A stretch of 64,000 bases of DNA, taken from the IMG/VR virus record IMGVR_UViG_3300037875_000559, positions 1 to 64,000 of that record; one strand, given 5' to 3'. This DNA comes from a virus. The notes under the pieces were generated by a model that was not told the DNA's origin, ran no database searches, and was given only the letters and a program-made list of their open reading frames with translations. This document shows, piece after piece, positions 27,975 to 37,386 of the stretch (the stretch's first letter is position 1; every line of letters begins with the position of its first letter). A program made the position numbers and the translations under genes.

Positions 27975-28553
27975 ATGAAGATAAGCGTAGAGGGTTTAAT
28001 TGGGGTTGGGAAGTCTACATTCGTAAAGCATTTTTGCGAGATGACTTCTTACTCCCCTTTGTATGAGTCTGTTTCAGACAATCCTTTTTTGAATCTGTTT
28101 TATGAAGACCAAAGCAGATGGGCATTTACCCTCCAAATGTATTTCTTGTATGATCGTTGCAAGAACCACATGGTAGAGGGCAATACTCTCCTTGACCGCT
28201 CTATCTATGGAGATATTTGTTTTGCGAACATTCTCCGAGACCAAAAAACAATGGACATACAAGAATTTGAATCTTATATGAGTCATTTCAGTTTGGTTGA
28301 ATCTTTCATTCCAAAGCTGGACGTGTGTATTCACCTTCATATTTCAGAAGAAGAAGCTATGGGTCGCATAGCCAAGAGAAATAGAAGTTTTGAGTCCAAC
28401 ATACCTTTGGATTACTTACAAAGACTACAGGAACAGCTTCAGAGTTTGCCTGAGTATCTCCCAAAACAAACAAAATACATAAGAATAAATTGGGGGGATA
28501 TGTCAGAGAGCGAGATCCGAGAGGAAATAAAGGGCGTTATTTCTACCCTTTAG
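27975..28553 (+). CDS. Deoxynucleoside kinase (dNK/dGK family)
   Basis: ISVEGLIGVGKST, LLDRSIYGD, RIAKRNRSFE. Confidence 0.92.
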   Translation: MKISVEGLIGVGKSTFVKHFCEMTSYSPLYESVSDNPFLNLFYEDQSRWAFTLQMYFLYDRCKNHMVEGNTLLDRSIYGDICFANILRDQKTMDIQEFESYMSHFSLVESFIPKLDVCIHLHISEEEAMGRIAKRNRSFESNIPLDYLQRLQEQLQSLPEYLPKQTKYIRINWGDMSESEIREEIKGVISTL

Positions 28554-29406
28554 TGTTTGCAGGAGTTTGCCACTTCTTTGGATATGGTTTCATTTTCTTA
28601 GGGTCTTTTTGACCTTGGTTCATGAGGTAGTATCTCTTATTTCTTTCGCAATGATCGCTGTTTGGCTCTTTGTATTTGCAGTATATGCTCCAAGCTAATG
28701 CCCAAGCCTTTGAAGTCTCGTAATCTTCTTCTTCTTCAAAGTAGTGTGCTTTTTCAGTGACATACTTAGGGACATCTCTTTCTTTTTTTTCAGCGACGAA
28801 CATCTTTTCTGCATTTCTTGTAGGTAGGGAATGAGTTGAATATCCTCCCCAGGCTTTCTCATAGGAATTGAATGCTAGTTTAAGACTGTCCACATTTCCT
28901 GCAAGGATGGTGTGGTTATTATCTTTTATCCACTGTCCAATAGCCCTCAAATACTCCATATCCCTTTTCTGGTCTCGTATTTCTTGTACCTCTTCTTGCC
29001 ATTTGAAGAAGAGGACTGTGGCTTTATTTATCTTTCTCACTTGTGACCCGTAGATAGTACCGTAGGGTTCTGCGAGAAAACCTGAATCATTCAAAAATGC
29101 TTTTTGACTTCCCGGTAAGTAAATGCGAGCTAAGAAACCTTGACCTGTTTGTTTTGTCCATAGGTTGTGTTTCTGCCCAACTTTCGTTAAGAGTGATGAG
29201 AGCTTCTCTATATTCTCGATGCTTTCCTCTTTCTCCCACTCTTTATTTCTTTTACTCTCATTCAGCTTCCACTTCTTATATTCAGGGGACTTTCGGAACT
29301 TGTACTCTAAAAACTCTTTACTGTCTGAATCCGTTAGATCAAAGGTATGCCCTGATCTCTTCAGATAAGCGTTTCTGACTATTTTTCTTATTTCTCTCTT
29401 ATACAT
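28543..29406 (-). CDS. Hypothetical protein with leader MYKREIRKIVRNAYLKRSG
   Basis: SD AAGGA; leader motif. Confidence 0.65.
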   Translation of the reverse strand: MYKREIRKIVRNAYLKRSGHTFDLTDSDSKEFLEYKFRKSPEYKKWKLNESKRNKEWEKEESIENIEKLSSLLTKVGQKHNLWTKQTGQGFLARIYLPGSQKAFLNDSGFLAEPYGTIYGSQVRKINKATVLFFKWQEEVQEIRDQKRDMEYLRAIGQWIKDNNHTILAGNVDSLKLAFNSYEKAWGGYSTHSLPTRNAEKMFVAEKKERDVPKYVTEKAHYFEEEEDYETSKAWALAWSIYCKYKEPNSDHCERNKRYYLMNQGQKDPKKMKPYPKKWQTPANTKG

Positions 29407-29422
29407 TGTGTGTTCCTTTTAA

Positions 29423-29445
29423 TAGTATATTTATAGTCTTTCTAT
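29423..29445 (+). promoter_or_regulatory. Two overlapping TAGTNNNT(T/C)TAT motifs ahead of the tail operon
   Basis: TAGTATATTTAT (29423) and TAGTCTTTCTAT (29434). Confidence 0.65.
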
Positions 29446-29484
29446 GTTTGTGACTATTAAGATTCTATGAAAAGGAGAGAAGAT

Positions 29485-30315
29485 ATGGCTAATACTGACT
29501 CAACCCCCGCAAATGGAGCACAAGGCTCTAGCCACATTTACGATTACAACTCAAGTCCAAACACTAGGGCGGCTATTTCTCAGAAGGTGAGGATTCTTAC
29601 TCCTGTGTATAAGCCAGGTCAAGAACAGAACAACTTACTTTATCAGTTAGGTGTGTGTTCTTCTTTCTCTGCTGATTTCAATAGGAGTGTAGAGGACATT
29701 CGTGGTATTGGCTTTGGCGATCAGATTGCAGAGCGAGTTCCAGGTGTTTCTGATCCTGTGGATGTTTCTATAGAAAGAACTCTTATGTATCTTTCTAACG
29801 GACACCAAGCGTTTGGTTTTGCTGGTGGTGTAGATGGCCCTGTTAGAACTCTTCAACATCACAGATGGCCTTTTGACATTGAGCAACAGTTGGTTTTCTC
29901 ATCTATTGCAGATACTGAAACACCTACCGCAGTTTTTGAGAATCAGCAGGGCTTAAGAGATATTGACTTTAGTGGTCAAAGTGTGACAGGTGCTTCTGAT
30001 TACTATACCGAGCAAAAACACAAGGCTATAATCACTTATTTCGAGGCTTGTTGGATGACTTCCATAAGTGGAGCGAATCCAACTGCTGACTCTTCACTTA
30101 TGGCTCAGAGTATTTCAGCAGCAGCTCAAGATGTACACGATCTGTTCTCAACTTATGGTGAGTTCTTACCAAGCGGTAATGACCCTACTATCGGTCAGAA
30201 CGCCACTATTCGCCACAACAATGTAAGTGTTGCTTCAGGTAACGACGCTCTTTCGAGATCAGGAGCTGAAGATGTTGAAGGATCTAGTGGTGGTGTTGCA
30301 GATGGTGGTCTTTAA
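29485..30315 (+). CDS. Tail tube protein
   Basis: RSVEDIRGIGFG..E.VPG, WPFDIEQ, TYFEACW; position before chaperones and tape measure; SD AGGAG. Confidence 0.7.
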   Translation: MANTDSTPANGAQGSSHIYDYNSSPNTRAAISQKVRILTPVYKPGQEQNNLLYQLGVCSSFSADFNRSVEDIRGIGFGDQIAERVPGVSDPVDVSIERTLMYLSNGHQAFGFAGGVDGPVRTLQHHRWPFDIEQQLVFSSIADTETPTAVFENQQGLRDIDFSGQSVTGASDYYTEQKHKAIITYFEACWMTSISGANPTADSSLMAQSISAAAQDVHDLFSTYGEFLPSGNDPTIGQNATIRHNNVSVASGNDALSRSGAEDVEGSSGGVADGGL

Positions 30316-30391
30316 TACCTAAAGAAATAGAAGTCTTTGGGTATTATAGGGTAGCCGTACCCTCTAAACAAACGGACAGGATTAAAAAATA

Positions 30392-30982
30392 ATGATTACA
30401 TTAAAAGATTTAGAGAGTGCTTTTGCACCTCTTTCAGAAATAGGTCACAAAGAAAAAGTCTTTGATCTTTTTGGTATGAAGATCACTCTCTCCACTCTTA
30501 CTCCTTCACAAGAGTCTGCTGTACAACGTGCTGTCTCAGATAGTCAAGAAGACACAGATGCTCTTGCTTTAGAGTTTGTAGATAAGTTTCGCTCCGAAAC
30601 ATTAAGTCGTTGTATTGCTCAGATAAACGACTTTGATCTAAGATCTTCTCATGTTCTTACAGGAGAAGTCTTAGATAATGGTGTTGGAGTTAGAATAACA
30701 AAAGAGGAGGCAGTATTTGGTATTATTTCTTCTTGGAGTAGAGCAGTTATTTCTCAAGTTTTTAACTCGTATGCTCTTCTCGTAGAAGAAGTTGAAAAAG
30801 AGCTAGACGCTAAGTTTGATCTAAAGAAACTTGATGTTGAAGACGAAAAAGAAAACCTTCAAAACAGACTTAAGATAATTGAGAGTGCCGAAGCTGTTGA
30901 AGAAGTTTCAGACACTCCAAAAGAAAACATAGAGGTGGCAAAGTCTGAATACTCAGATGCCTTAAAGGGTATGGGGCAATGA
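30392..30982 (+). CDS. Tail assembly chaperone
   Basis: Acidic helical protein between tube and tape measure. Confidence 0.55.
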   Translation: MITLKDLESAFAPLSEIGHKEKVFDLFGMKITLSTLTPSQESAVQRAVSDSQEDTDALALEFVDKFRSETLSRCIAQINDFDLRSSHVLTGEVLDNGVGVRITKEEAVFGIISSWSRAVISQVFNSYALLVEEVEKELDAKFDLKKLDVEDEKENLQNRLKIIESAEAVEEVSDTPKENIEVAKSEYSDALKGMGQ

Positions 30983-30985
30983 TAG

Positions 30986-32110
30986 ATGTCCGACCCATAT
31001 CAAGAAATAAGACACCTCATATATGATGGGTTCTTACAGAACCATATAATTATTTCTGAGGGTGATTTCTTTTTGAAACTTAGAAATCCTTCTAATGAAG
31101 ATTTAGATTGGGTTTCAGAGTATTCTCCCACTTTAATGTGGAAGAAAGAAATAGCCTTGGTTGGCAGGAGTATACATTCTGTCAATGGTAGGAAGATTGA
31201 CAGAGAAAACATATTTGATCTGATACGTTTTTTCTCCACTTTTAATACTCAAACGATTAGTCGTATTTCTTCCATAACCTATCGTCTTATGGAATCCGCA
31301 AAAAACGCTCACCGCTACCTGGAAGCGTACTGCTATGAAGACGAGTCTAGGTCTTTGTGGAATATGTGGATGGCTAATCAAAAGTTTGGCTATTCTCCTA
31401 TAATAAATCAGACTAAGCTCAATGAACTACAAACCTCTTGGGTGAATTGGAACTTAGCTGAAGATGACCGTAAGTCTTCTCGGAGAGATTGGGATCAGTC
31501 TCTCTTGATCACATCTAGTATGAACCACAAGGGTGCTAAAGAAATAAGCTCTAAATGGGAAGCTACTGATAAACGAGAAGAAGAATATCGTCAAAATATA
31601 AAGAAATCCGCTAAAGAAGGACATCTAAATAAAGAGTCCGTATCTAAGTTAAGAAATAATCTCGATACTTTTGATGACCTCAAAGAAGAAATGCGAAAAT
31701 GGGTGGCAGGGGAAGAAGACGACCATGATCGTATTGTTAGAGAATATAAAGAGTCGATGTACCGCAAAATCGAGGATAGTAAACTAAGAGCTGAAAACAT
31801 AAGAAGAGACAATGAAGAGCGGAGAAAAGATTTATCAATATTTAATGATCCTTCCTATAGAAGCAGTCCAGTAGTTGCACTATCAGATGAAGAAGTTAAG
31901 AAAATGGTATCTTCCACAAAGAAATATAAAATCTCAGATGACCACGAAGAAAAGTTTGAACACGTTAAAGATCGTTATATTACGGCACATCAAACAAGTG
32001 GTCATTTGAAGATAGACGAAGATGGAAATATTGTAGACACTAAAAAATCTGAAAAGCAATCTTTGATGAGTCAGCTAAAGAAACGGCCTACCGTATTAGG
32101 AGATAGATGA
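30986..32110 (+). CDS. Second tail assembly chaperone-like protein
   Basis: Immediately upstream of the tape measure gene. Confidence 0.45.
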   Translation: MSDPYQEIRHLIYDGFLQNHIIISEGDFFLKLRNPSNEDLDWVSEYSPTLMWKKEIALVGRSIHSVNGRKIDRENIFDLIRFFSTFNTQTISRISSITYRLMESAKNAHRYLEAYCYEDESRSLWNMWMANQKFGYSPIINQTKLNELQTSWVNWNLAEDDRKSSRRDWDQSLLITSSMNHKGAKEISSKWEATDKREEEYRQNIKKSAKEGHLNKESVSKLRNNLDTFDDLKEEMRKWVAGEEDDHDRIVREYKESMYRKIEDSKLRAENIRRDNEERRKDLSIFNDPSYRSSPVVALSDEEVKKMVSSTKKYKISDDHEEKFEHVKDRYITAHQTSGHLKIDEDGNIVDTKKSEKQSLMSQLKKRPTVLGDR

Positions 32111-35100
32111 TGGCTAGTGAAAGTGCAAAAGTAGCAGAAATAGGAAACAACTTAGACGCTGTTATTTCCAACCTGCAAAAAGCAGGGAAGATGGACATCA
32201 TCGGTGCAGGTGATCTCCAACGTATGAAGGCTATGGAGAAGCTTTCAAAAGATGTGTCCAAGACATTAGTTGAAGGTGGGGCTAAGAATTATAGACTCAT
32301 GACTCAAAACTTGGAGGCTATTTCTCATAGAATAGGTGGGCTTCAAAAAGAGCAGATGAAATACCTGACCATATATGACAAAGCAGTCAAGTCAGGTAAT
32401 GAGAACATGATCAAGCTCGCTGAGAAAAGACTCAAATTAGCTAACAAACAAATGGAAGCGAGGCAGAAAGAAATAGAGCTTGAGCAAAAAAACTACACAT
32501 ACGAATATCAGAAGCTCAAAGACCTAAAGAAAGAATTAGAGTTCGCAGGGTCTAATATGCAGGGTACGATGTTCGACCCCGACCTTAACTTCAGAAATAT
32601 AGATAAAGTTGCAGAGTACGCAGAAGGTCAGTTTGATCATGTAGCCGGTGCTTTTGGCGATGCGATGAGTGGGAGTCTTGATAATGTTGCAAGTAGAGGT
32701 ATTGGGATTACAAGAGGTATTTCTAAAAGACTAAGAATTGCAGGTCAGCAGATTGAGGCTAGGGATGAGAAAAGTGGAGGACACTCCAAACTAGGAGGTA
32801 TGATTACCAAGCTAGGTAAAGGTTTAGCTGTTTTTGGTGGTATCGCCGCAGGTTTATTCGCTGTAGCTAAAGCCATGCAAGCTGTTGAGGAAGCACAGAA
32901 AGGTGCGAACAAAGAACTCTTAGACTCTGTGGGTGGCACAGACCTAATGGTCTCTGGTACAAACAATCTTTATGACGCAGTAAATACACTGAGGAAAAGT
33001 TTATCAGACGGTTCGTTTGCTAACTCAATGGGTATGTCTCTCGATGAAGTAAGAGGGTTAGTAGGTGAGCTTCATAGTGTAGATATCACTATGAGAAGTC
33101 TCCAAGGAAATACTTATGCTCTTAAAGACATTATGAAGGATTTCCAAGGTAATGCTAAAATGCTTGGTGTTTCTTTTGCAGACGTTGCTGATTATTCTAA
33201 TAACTTTAGAATGGAACTCGGCTATGCCGCTCAGGATGCGTCTTTCTTAGAAAGAATGGCAGATCAGTTCAATACTATTAGAGATTTAGCCCTCCAATCT
33301 GGTTATAATACTAACAAGTTCTTTCAGACTGTGAAGAAACTTACGGATGGCGTAGACAACATGAACTATCGTGTAGGTCAAGCAGGTAAATTATTTCTGA
33401 ATCTCTCTAAAGTGTTAGGGCCTAAAGCTGCTGAAGCATTTGCAGAAGGCTTGGCAGGTGGCTTCAAAGGTGAGGGTGTTGTCGATAGATACAAAAGAAT
33501 AATTCTTACAGGTGGAAAGAAATCGAAGAAAATTATTAAGAGCGTAGCTGAATCGGCAGCCGCTAACTTCAAGAAAACTTTCCAAGGGTCGGGAGAAGAT
33601 GACTTTAGTAAAGAGAAAGAAATACTTCAGAAATACGGTATTAACGTAGAAGGAGACAAGAGATCAATAGTGCAGGCTCTAGCGAGCAAGTCAGATAAAG
33701 AACGTCAGATGATAATGGGAGAGTTGCAGACTACAGGAGGTAAGGGTCAAGGTATGTCTCGTCAACTTATGGGCATGTTTGACTTGGCTAAAGGCTCAAA
33801 AGGTGGTCTTTCTAATATGGCGATGGCTCTTGGTCAAATGGACATGATGGGCAGTATGCAAATGCAAATGGCTCAAGTGAACGCATTTCTTGGGGATAAG
33901 GGTTTTGCAGGAGCAAGTGCTACACAACTCGAAGCTCTCTCACAGTACACAGGGAAGAGCATGGAAGAACTTGAGAATATGCGTCAGATTGACTTTATGA
34001 TGAGAGGTCAATTCATGGAGCTTGAGAAAATAAGGCAAGGTACAGGAGATGATGCAACCAAAAAGGCGGAACTAGAAAAGAAGGGCTTCAAAGGTCTGAC
34101 AGTCAAAGACGGCAAGATACTTACAGACACAGGAGAAGAAATAACGAATCTTAATGAATATATGGCTTCTCAAGGTTCTGTAATGGAAGACATGAAGATG
34201 GACACAACAACTCAGAATCAACTTTTGAGAGATCAAACAGATGCAACTCTTACTTCGGCACAAATGATTAACAATCATTTAGGTGGAATCATGCAGAACG
34301 CCACAGATGTTTTGGGGCAGATGCTACGCCATCAAACAAAAGACGATGACATCGCTCAATACCAACAACAATATATAGCGGAAACACAGGCTCAAATAAC
34401 AGAGCAAAAGAAGCTACTTGAAAAAGAAACATCTAAAGGTAAAAAAGAACTAAATGAACTTATCTCTTCCAAAGAGGGGGTTAAAGATGCCAACGCTCTC
34501 AGAGAAATAAACAGCAAGATAAAAGAAAAGAGATCACAGATCGAAGGAGGTTCAAGCCAAAGAAAACAAACTTTGGCGAGATTACGAGCACGAAAAAGAG
34601 GGCTATCCGGTTCTTCTGGCTATGCGATGTTGGAGAGTTTACAAAAACAGGGTGGTGGAGATGTTAGTAACTTTGATGAAAAGGGTTTAGATAATGTTTC
34701 AAAAGAAGACTTGATTAAGAAATATGGCTATTCTCCCGAAGAAGCTAATCAGATGGTGGCTCGTAGGGCTTTAAGAAAAGCAGGCGGAACTCTAAAGGGT
34801 CAGATAACAACCAAAGAGCAAGCAGATAAGGTTCTTAAAGATTATGAGCAACAAGATGGTCATTTATCAAGAGCTGGGGGTAAAGGGGCAGAATCCGAGC
34901 GTATTAGGAAAGCAACAAGCTCGTGGGGGCCCGGGGGTGCGACACAATATAGTGACGTTATGAGTAGTGTAGGGTCTGCTTTGAGAGGTGCAGGGGTTGA
35001 GAGAAAAAGAGAAGGTGCTTTTAATAGATCAGGGGGTACAAGTAGTTTGGTTGCAGAAGATGGAACTGTAATAAGCAGATCTAAAAGCAAAGGGAGAAAT

Positions 35101-35748
35101 ACGGGTGTGCTTCAAACTAAAGAATTAAAAACCGAAGATGCGAAACAAAAAGAGCTAAGAGAAGGAAATGCTCAAAAAATCGCTGATGAAATCAGTACTT
35201 TAAAAGATAAAATGACCAATGAGACCGATGAGAAGAAGAAAGAAAAAATACGTCAAGAAATGTTCGCTAAGAATAAGAAATTGAAAGATTTCTATGCAGA
35301 TGCAGCCGTTCTCGCACAAAGGAAAATAGCAAGAGAGAGAGGTGAGGGTGTTGTTAAGAACATTTTAGGTCAAGACACTAAGCTCGACTCTAAAAACAGA
35401 CGTGATCAAGCGATGAAAAAGCTTCAACGTCAGCTGGCAGACCCATCTTTAGATGATCAAGGCAGAACTAGAATACAAACAGCGATGGATGCTTTAGGTG
35501 CAAATGAAGTGTTCTATAGTACAGACTCAAGAAGTGCTTCAACTAGCAACAAACCTATGCTCTTTAGGAGAGGTACTCTTACGGTAGGTCAACCATACGA
35601 TCAAGTCGATATGTACGACCCAAGAGGAGGAGGAGGTAGTGGAGGAGGTGCTTCTCCTGTCATTAATATTTACGGAGGAGATGAAAAGAGAGTCTTTGAT
35701 GTCGTTAAAAGAGCAATGAAAGCTCAGTCTAATACTATGATGGGATAA
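32107..35748 (+). CDS. Tape measure protein
   Basis: 1213-aa helical A/G/K/M-rich protein with a hydrophobic segment and PVINIYGG C-terminus; gene context. Confidence 0.8.
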   Translation: MMASESAKVAEIGNNLDAVISNLQKAGKMDIIGAGDLQRMKAMEKLSKDVSKTLVEGGAKNYRLMTQNLEAISHRIGGLQKEQMKYLTIYDKAVKSGNENMIKLAEKRLKLANKQMEARQKEIELEQKNYTYEYQKLKDLKKELEFAGSNMQGTMFDPDLNFRNIDKVAEYAEGQFDHVAGAFGDAMSGSLDNVASRGIGITRGISKRLRIAGQQIEARDEKSGGHSKLGGMITKLGKGLAVFGGIAAGLFAVAKAMQAVEEAQKGANKELLDSVGGTDLMVSGTNNLYDAVNTLRKSLSDGSFANSMGMSLDEVRGLVGELHSVDITMRSLQGNTYALKDIMKDFQGNAKMLGVSFADVADYSNNFRMELGYAAQDASFLERMADQFNTIRDLALQSGYNTNKFFQTVKKLTDGVDNMNYRVGQAGKLFLNLSKVLGPKAAEAFAEGLAGGFKGEGVVDRYKRIILTGGKKSKKIIKSVAESAAANFKKTFQGSGEDDFSKEKEILQKYGINVEGDKRSIVQALASKSDKERQMIMGELQTTGGKGQGMSRQLMGMFDLAKGSKGGLSNMAMALGQMDMMGSMQMQMAQVNAFLGDKGFAGASATQLEALSQYTGKSMEELENMRQIDFMMRGQFMELEKIRQGTGDDATKKAELEKKGFKGLTVKDGKILTDTGEEITNLNEYMASQGSVMEDMKMDTTTQNQLLRDQTDATLTSAQMINNHLGGIMQNATDVLGQMLRHQTKDDDIAQYQQQYIAETQAQITEQKKLLEKETSKGKKELNELISSKEGVKDANALREINSKIKEKRSQIEGGSSQRKQTLARLRARKRGLSGSSGYAMLESLQKQGGGDVSNFDEKGLDNVSKEDLIKKYGYSPEEANQMVARRALRKAGGTLKGQITTKEQADKVLKDYEQQDGHLSRAGGKGAESERIRKATSSWGPGGATQYSDVMSSVGSALRGAGVERKREGAFNRSGGTSSLVAEDGTVISRSKSKGRNTGVLQTKELKTEDAKQKELREGNAQKIADEISTLKDKMTNETDEKKKEKIRQEMFAKNKKLKDFYADAAVLAQRKIARERGEGVVKNILGQDTKLDSKNRRDQAMKKLQRQLADPSLDDQGRTRIQTAMDALGANEVFYSTDSRSASTSNKPMLFRRGTLTVGQPYDQVDMYDPRGGGGSGGGASPVINIYGGDEKRVFDVVKRAMKAQSNTMMG

Positions 35749-35754
35749 AGAAAT

Positions 35755-36393
35755 ATGGCTAAGATTATTAAAACACCATTTCGATCTCATGAAGATCAGT
35801 TTTTAAATCAGAATAAGCGACCTGTTGTTTTTGACATCATAGCCCCTGACGGTAGAGATACTATGCTCCCCGATGGGATAAAATTAGTATGTCATTCCAA
35901 TCCGAAAGACTTAAATTTCAGCTATACAAAGAAAGTCTCACGCTCTCCAACAATTGGTGGTTGGGTTGAAACTTATTGGGGCGAAGAACCCTACACTATT
36001 TCTTTATCTCTTTCTTCGGGAGGCTTTATTCGACTTGGTTCTGGTTTGTCTAATGTTACTGGTTCAGTTCAGACTCAGGGAAGTAAACTCGACTCTAAAG
36101 AAACTTTTGGAGAAAACTTAGGTGGAAATAGGCGAGAGACGATTACTTATGACAAGTATTTAGACCTTCTCTCACTTTTTCACAACAACGGTTCTATCTA
36201 TGACGAGCAAGGCTTCATAGCTTTACAAGGCTCTATTAAGATGTCTTATGATGGAGGTACTTGGTATGGGTGGTTTCAGAGTTTCTCGGTGAGCGAAGCC
36301 GCTGAAAAGCCTTTCACTTTCGATATGAGTTGTGTTTTCCAAGTAGAAAGAGAAATACATGGAGTAAGAACACAAGGGGGAGTATTCAAATGA
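35755..36393 (+). CDS. Tube-initiator/baseplate protein, paralogue 1
   Basis: NP..L...Y...T.GG.V..WGEE...GGFI...YDG.W.G motif shared with the next gene. Confidence 0.6.
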   Translation: MAKIIKTPFRSHEDQFLNQNKRPVVFDIIAPDGRDTMLPDGIKLVCHSNPKDLNFSYTKKVSRSPTIGGWVETYWGEEPYTISLSLSSGGFIRLGSGLSNVTGSVQTQGSKLDSKETFGENLGGNRRETITYDKYLDLLSLFHNNGSIYDEQGFIALQGSIKMSYDGGTWYGWFQSFSVSEAAEKPFTFDMSCVFQVEREIHGVRTQGGVFK

Positions 36394-37385
36394 AGGGGAC
36401 TACAGCTACATTTCCTTATGTCAATCTGCCGACAGATGAAGACTTCATATTATTTCCTGAAGACAACATAGGCACTATACCCATAGACGGTAGTCATCAG
36501 AATCTTAGAAGGTTTTCACCCTTTATCTTAGAAGTCATACCTCCTAAGATAAACGATCCTAGTACAGGGCAAGAGCGTGTTATCAACTATGGTCTAGTTT
36601 CAAGAGTAGATGAAAGAAATAAGCCTTTTTCTTCTCCTCTCAGACAAGTCACACAGAGTCGCCCTTCAAGAAGTCCTCATATTTCTCCTAATCTTTCTTC
36701 TTTGGCTTCACAACCTGTAGGTGGAACTAGAACAAGAGCACAAGGAGATGATTTTGTAACTATTTCAGATTCTCTAGGTTCTAAGTTTACAGATAGAAAT
36801 AATCTTTTAGAAGTAGCAAGACAGACTTTCACTTTAGATTTCTTACCTCCGATAGTATTTCTCATCAATCCTGCAAGTTTAGATGTCGCTTATAACGCTA
36901 TTCAGAATTTCTCTGAGCAGACAAGATATGGTTTCATCTTTCAAAGGTGGGGTGAAGAACTGCCTGAACTAACTCTAAGTTGTCGTGTTGGGGGTTTTAT
37001 TGCAGGTAGAGCCCAGAGTGAGTCTGCTGATGAGAATGGGAATCTAAGAGGCGTTTCAGGTCTTCAAATGGCAAGTAAGAAAGACAGTGCTTCTTACAGA
37101 CAGTTGATGTCTTTGCTTGCTATTTATAAGAATGGTTCAGCCCTTGTAGATACTGTAAGTAGGTCGAGAGCTTACTATGCTGTAGGTAGGCAAGCTATTC
37201 ACTATGATGGACAGACATGGGAAGGTAGAATAAATACTTTCTCATATTCAGAAGATGAGAACTCTATACATGGTGGTCTTACTTTAGACATCGGGTTTAC
37301 TGTTTATAAGCATTATTGGCACGATCAAGGTAAAGGGAATATCGAACCACATTTAACCAACGTGGCTAAGAAAGAGGGGGGTTGA
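36390..37385 (+). CDS. Tube-initiator/baseplate protein, paralogue 2
   Basis: INPASL...TRYGFI..WGEE...GGFI...YDGQTWEG; start reassigned to ATG 36390. Confidence 0.6.
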   Translation: MKGTTATFPYVNLPTDEDFILFPEDNIGTIPIDGSHQNLRRFSPFILEVIPPKINDPSTGQERVINYGLVSRVDERNKPFSSPLRQVTQSRPSRSPHISPNLSSLASQPVGGTRTRAQGDDFVTISDSLGSKFTDRNNLLEVARQTFTLDFLPPIVFLINPASLDVAYNAIQNFSEQTRYGFIFQRWGEELPELTLSCRVGGFIAGRAQSESADENGNLRGVSGLQMASKKDSASYRQLMSLLAIYKNGSALVDTVSRSRAYYAVGRQAIHYDGQTWEGRINTFSYSEDENSIHGGLTLDIGFTVYKHYWHDQGKGNIEPHLTNVAKKEGG

Positions 37386-37386
37386 T

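Noticed and set aside
30980-30988. Readthrough or frameshift fusion of the two tail chaperones (same frame)
   Set aside because: They are separated by two consecutive stops (TGA TAG), and I saw no clear slippery heptamer.
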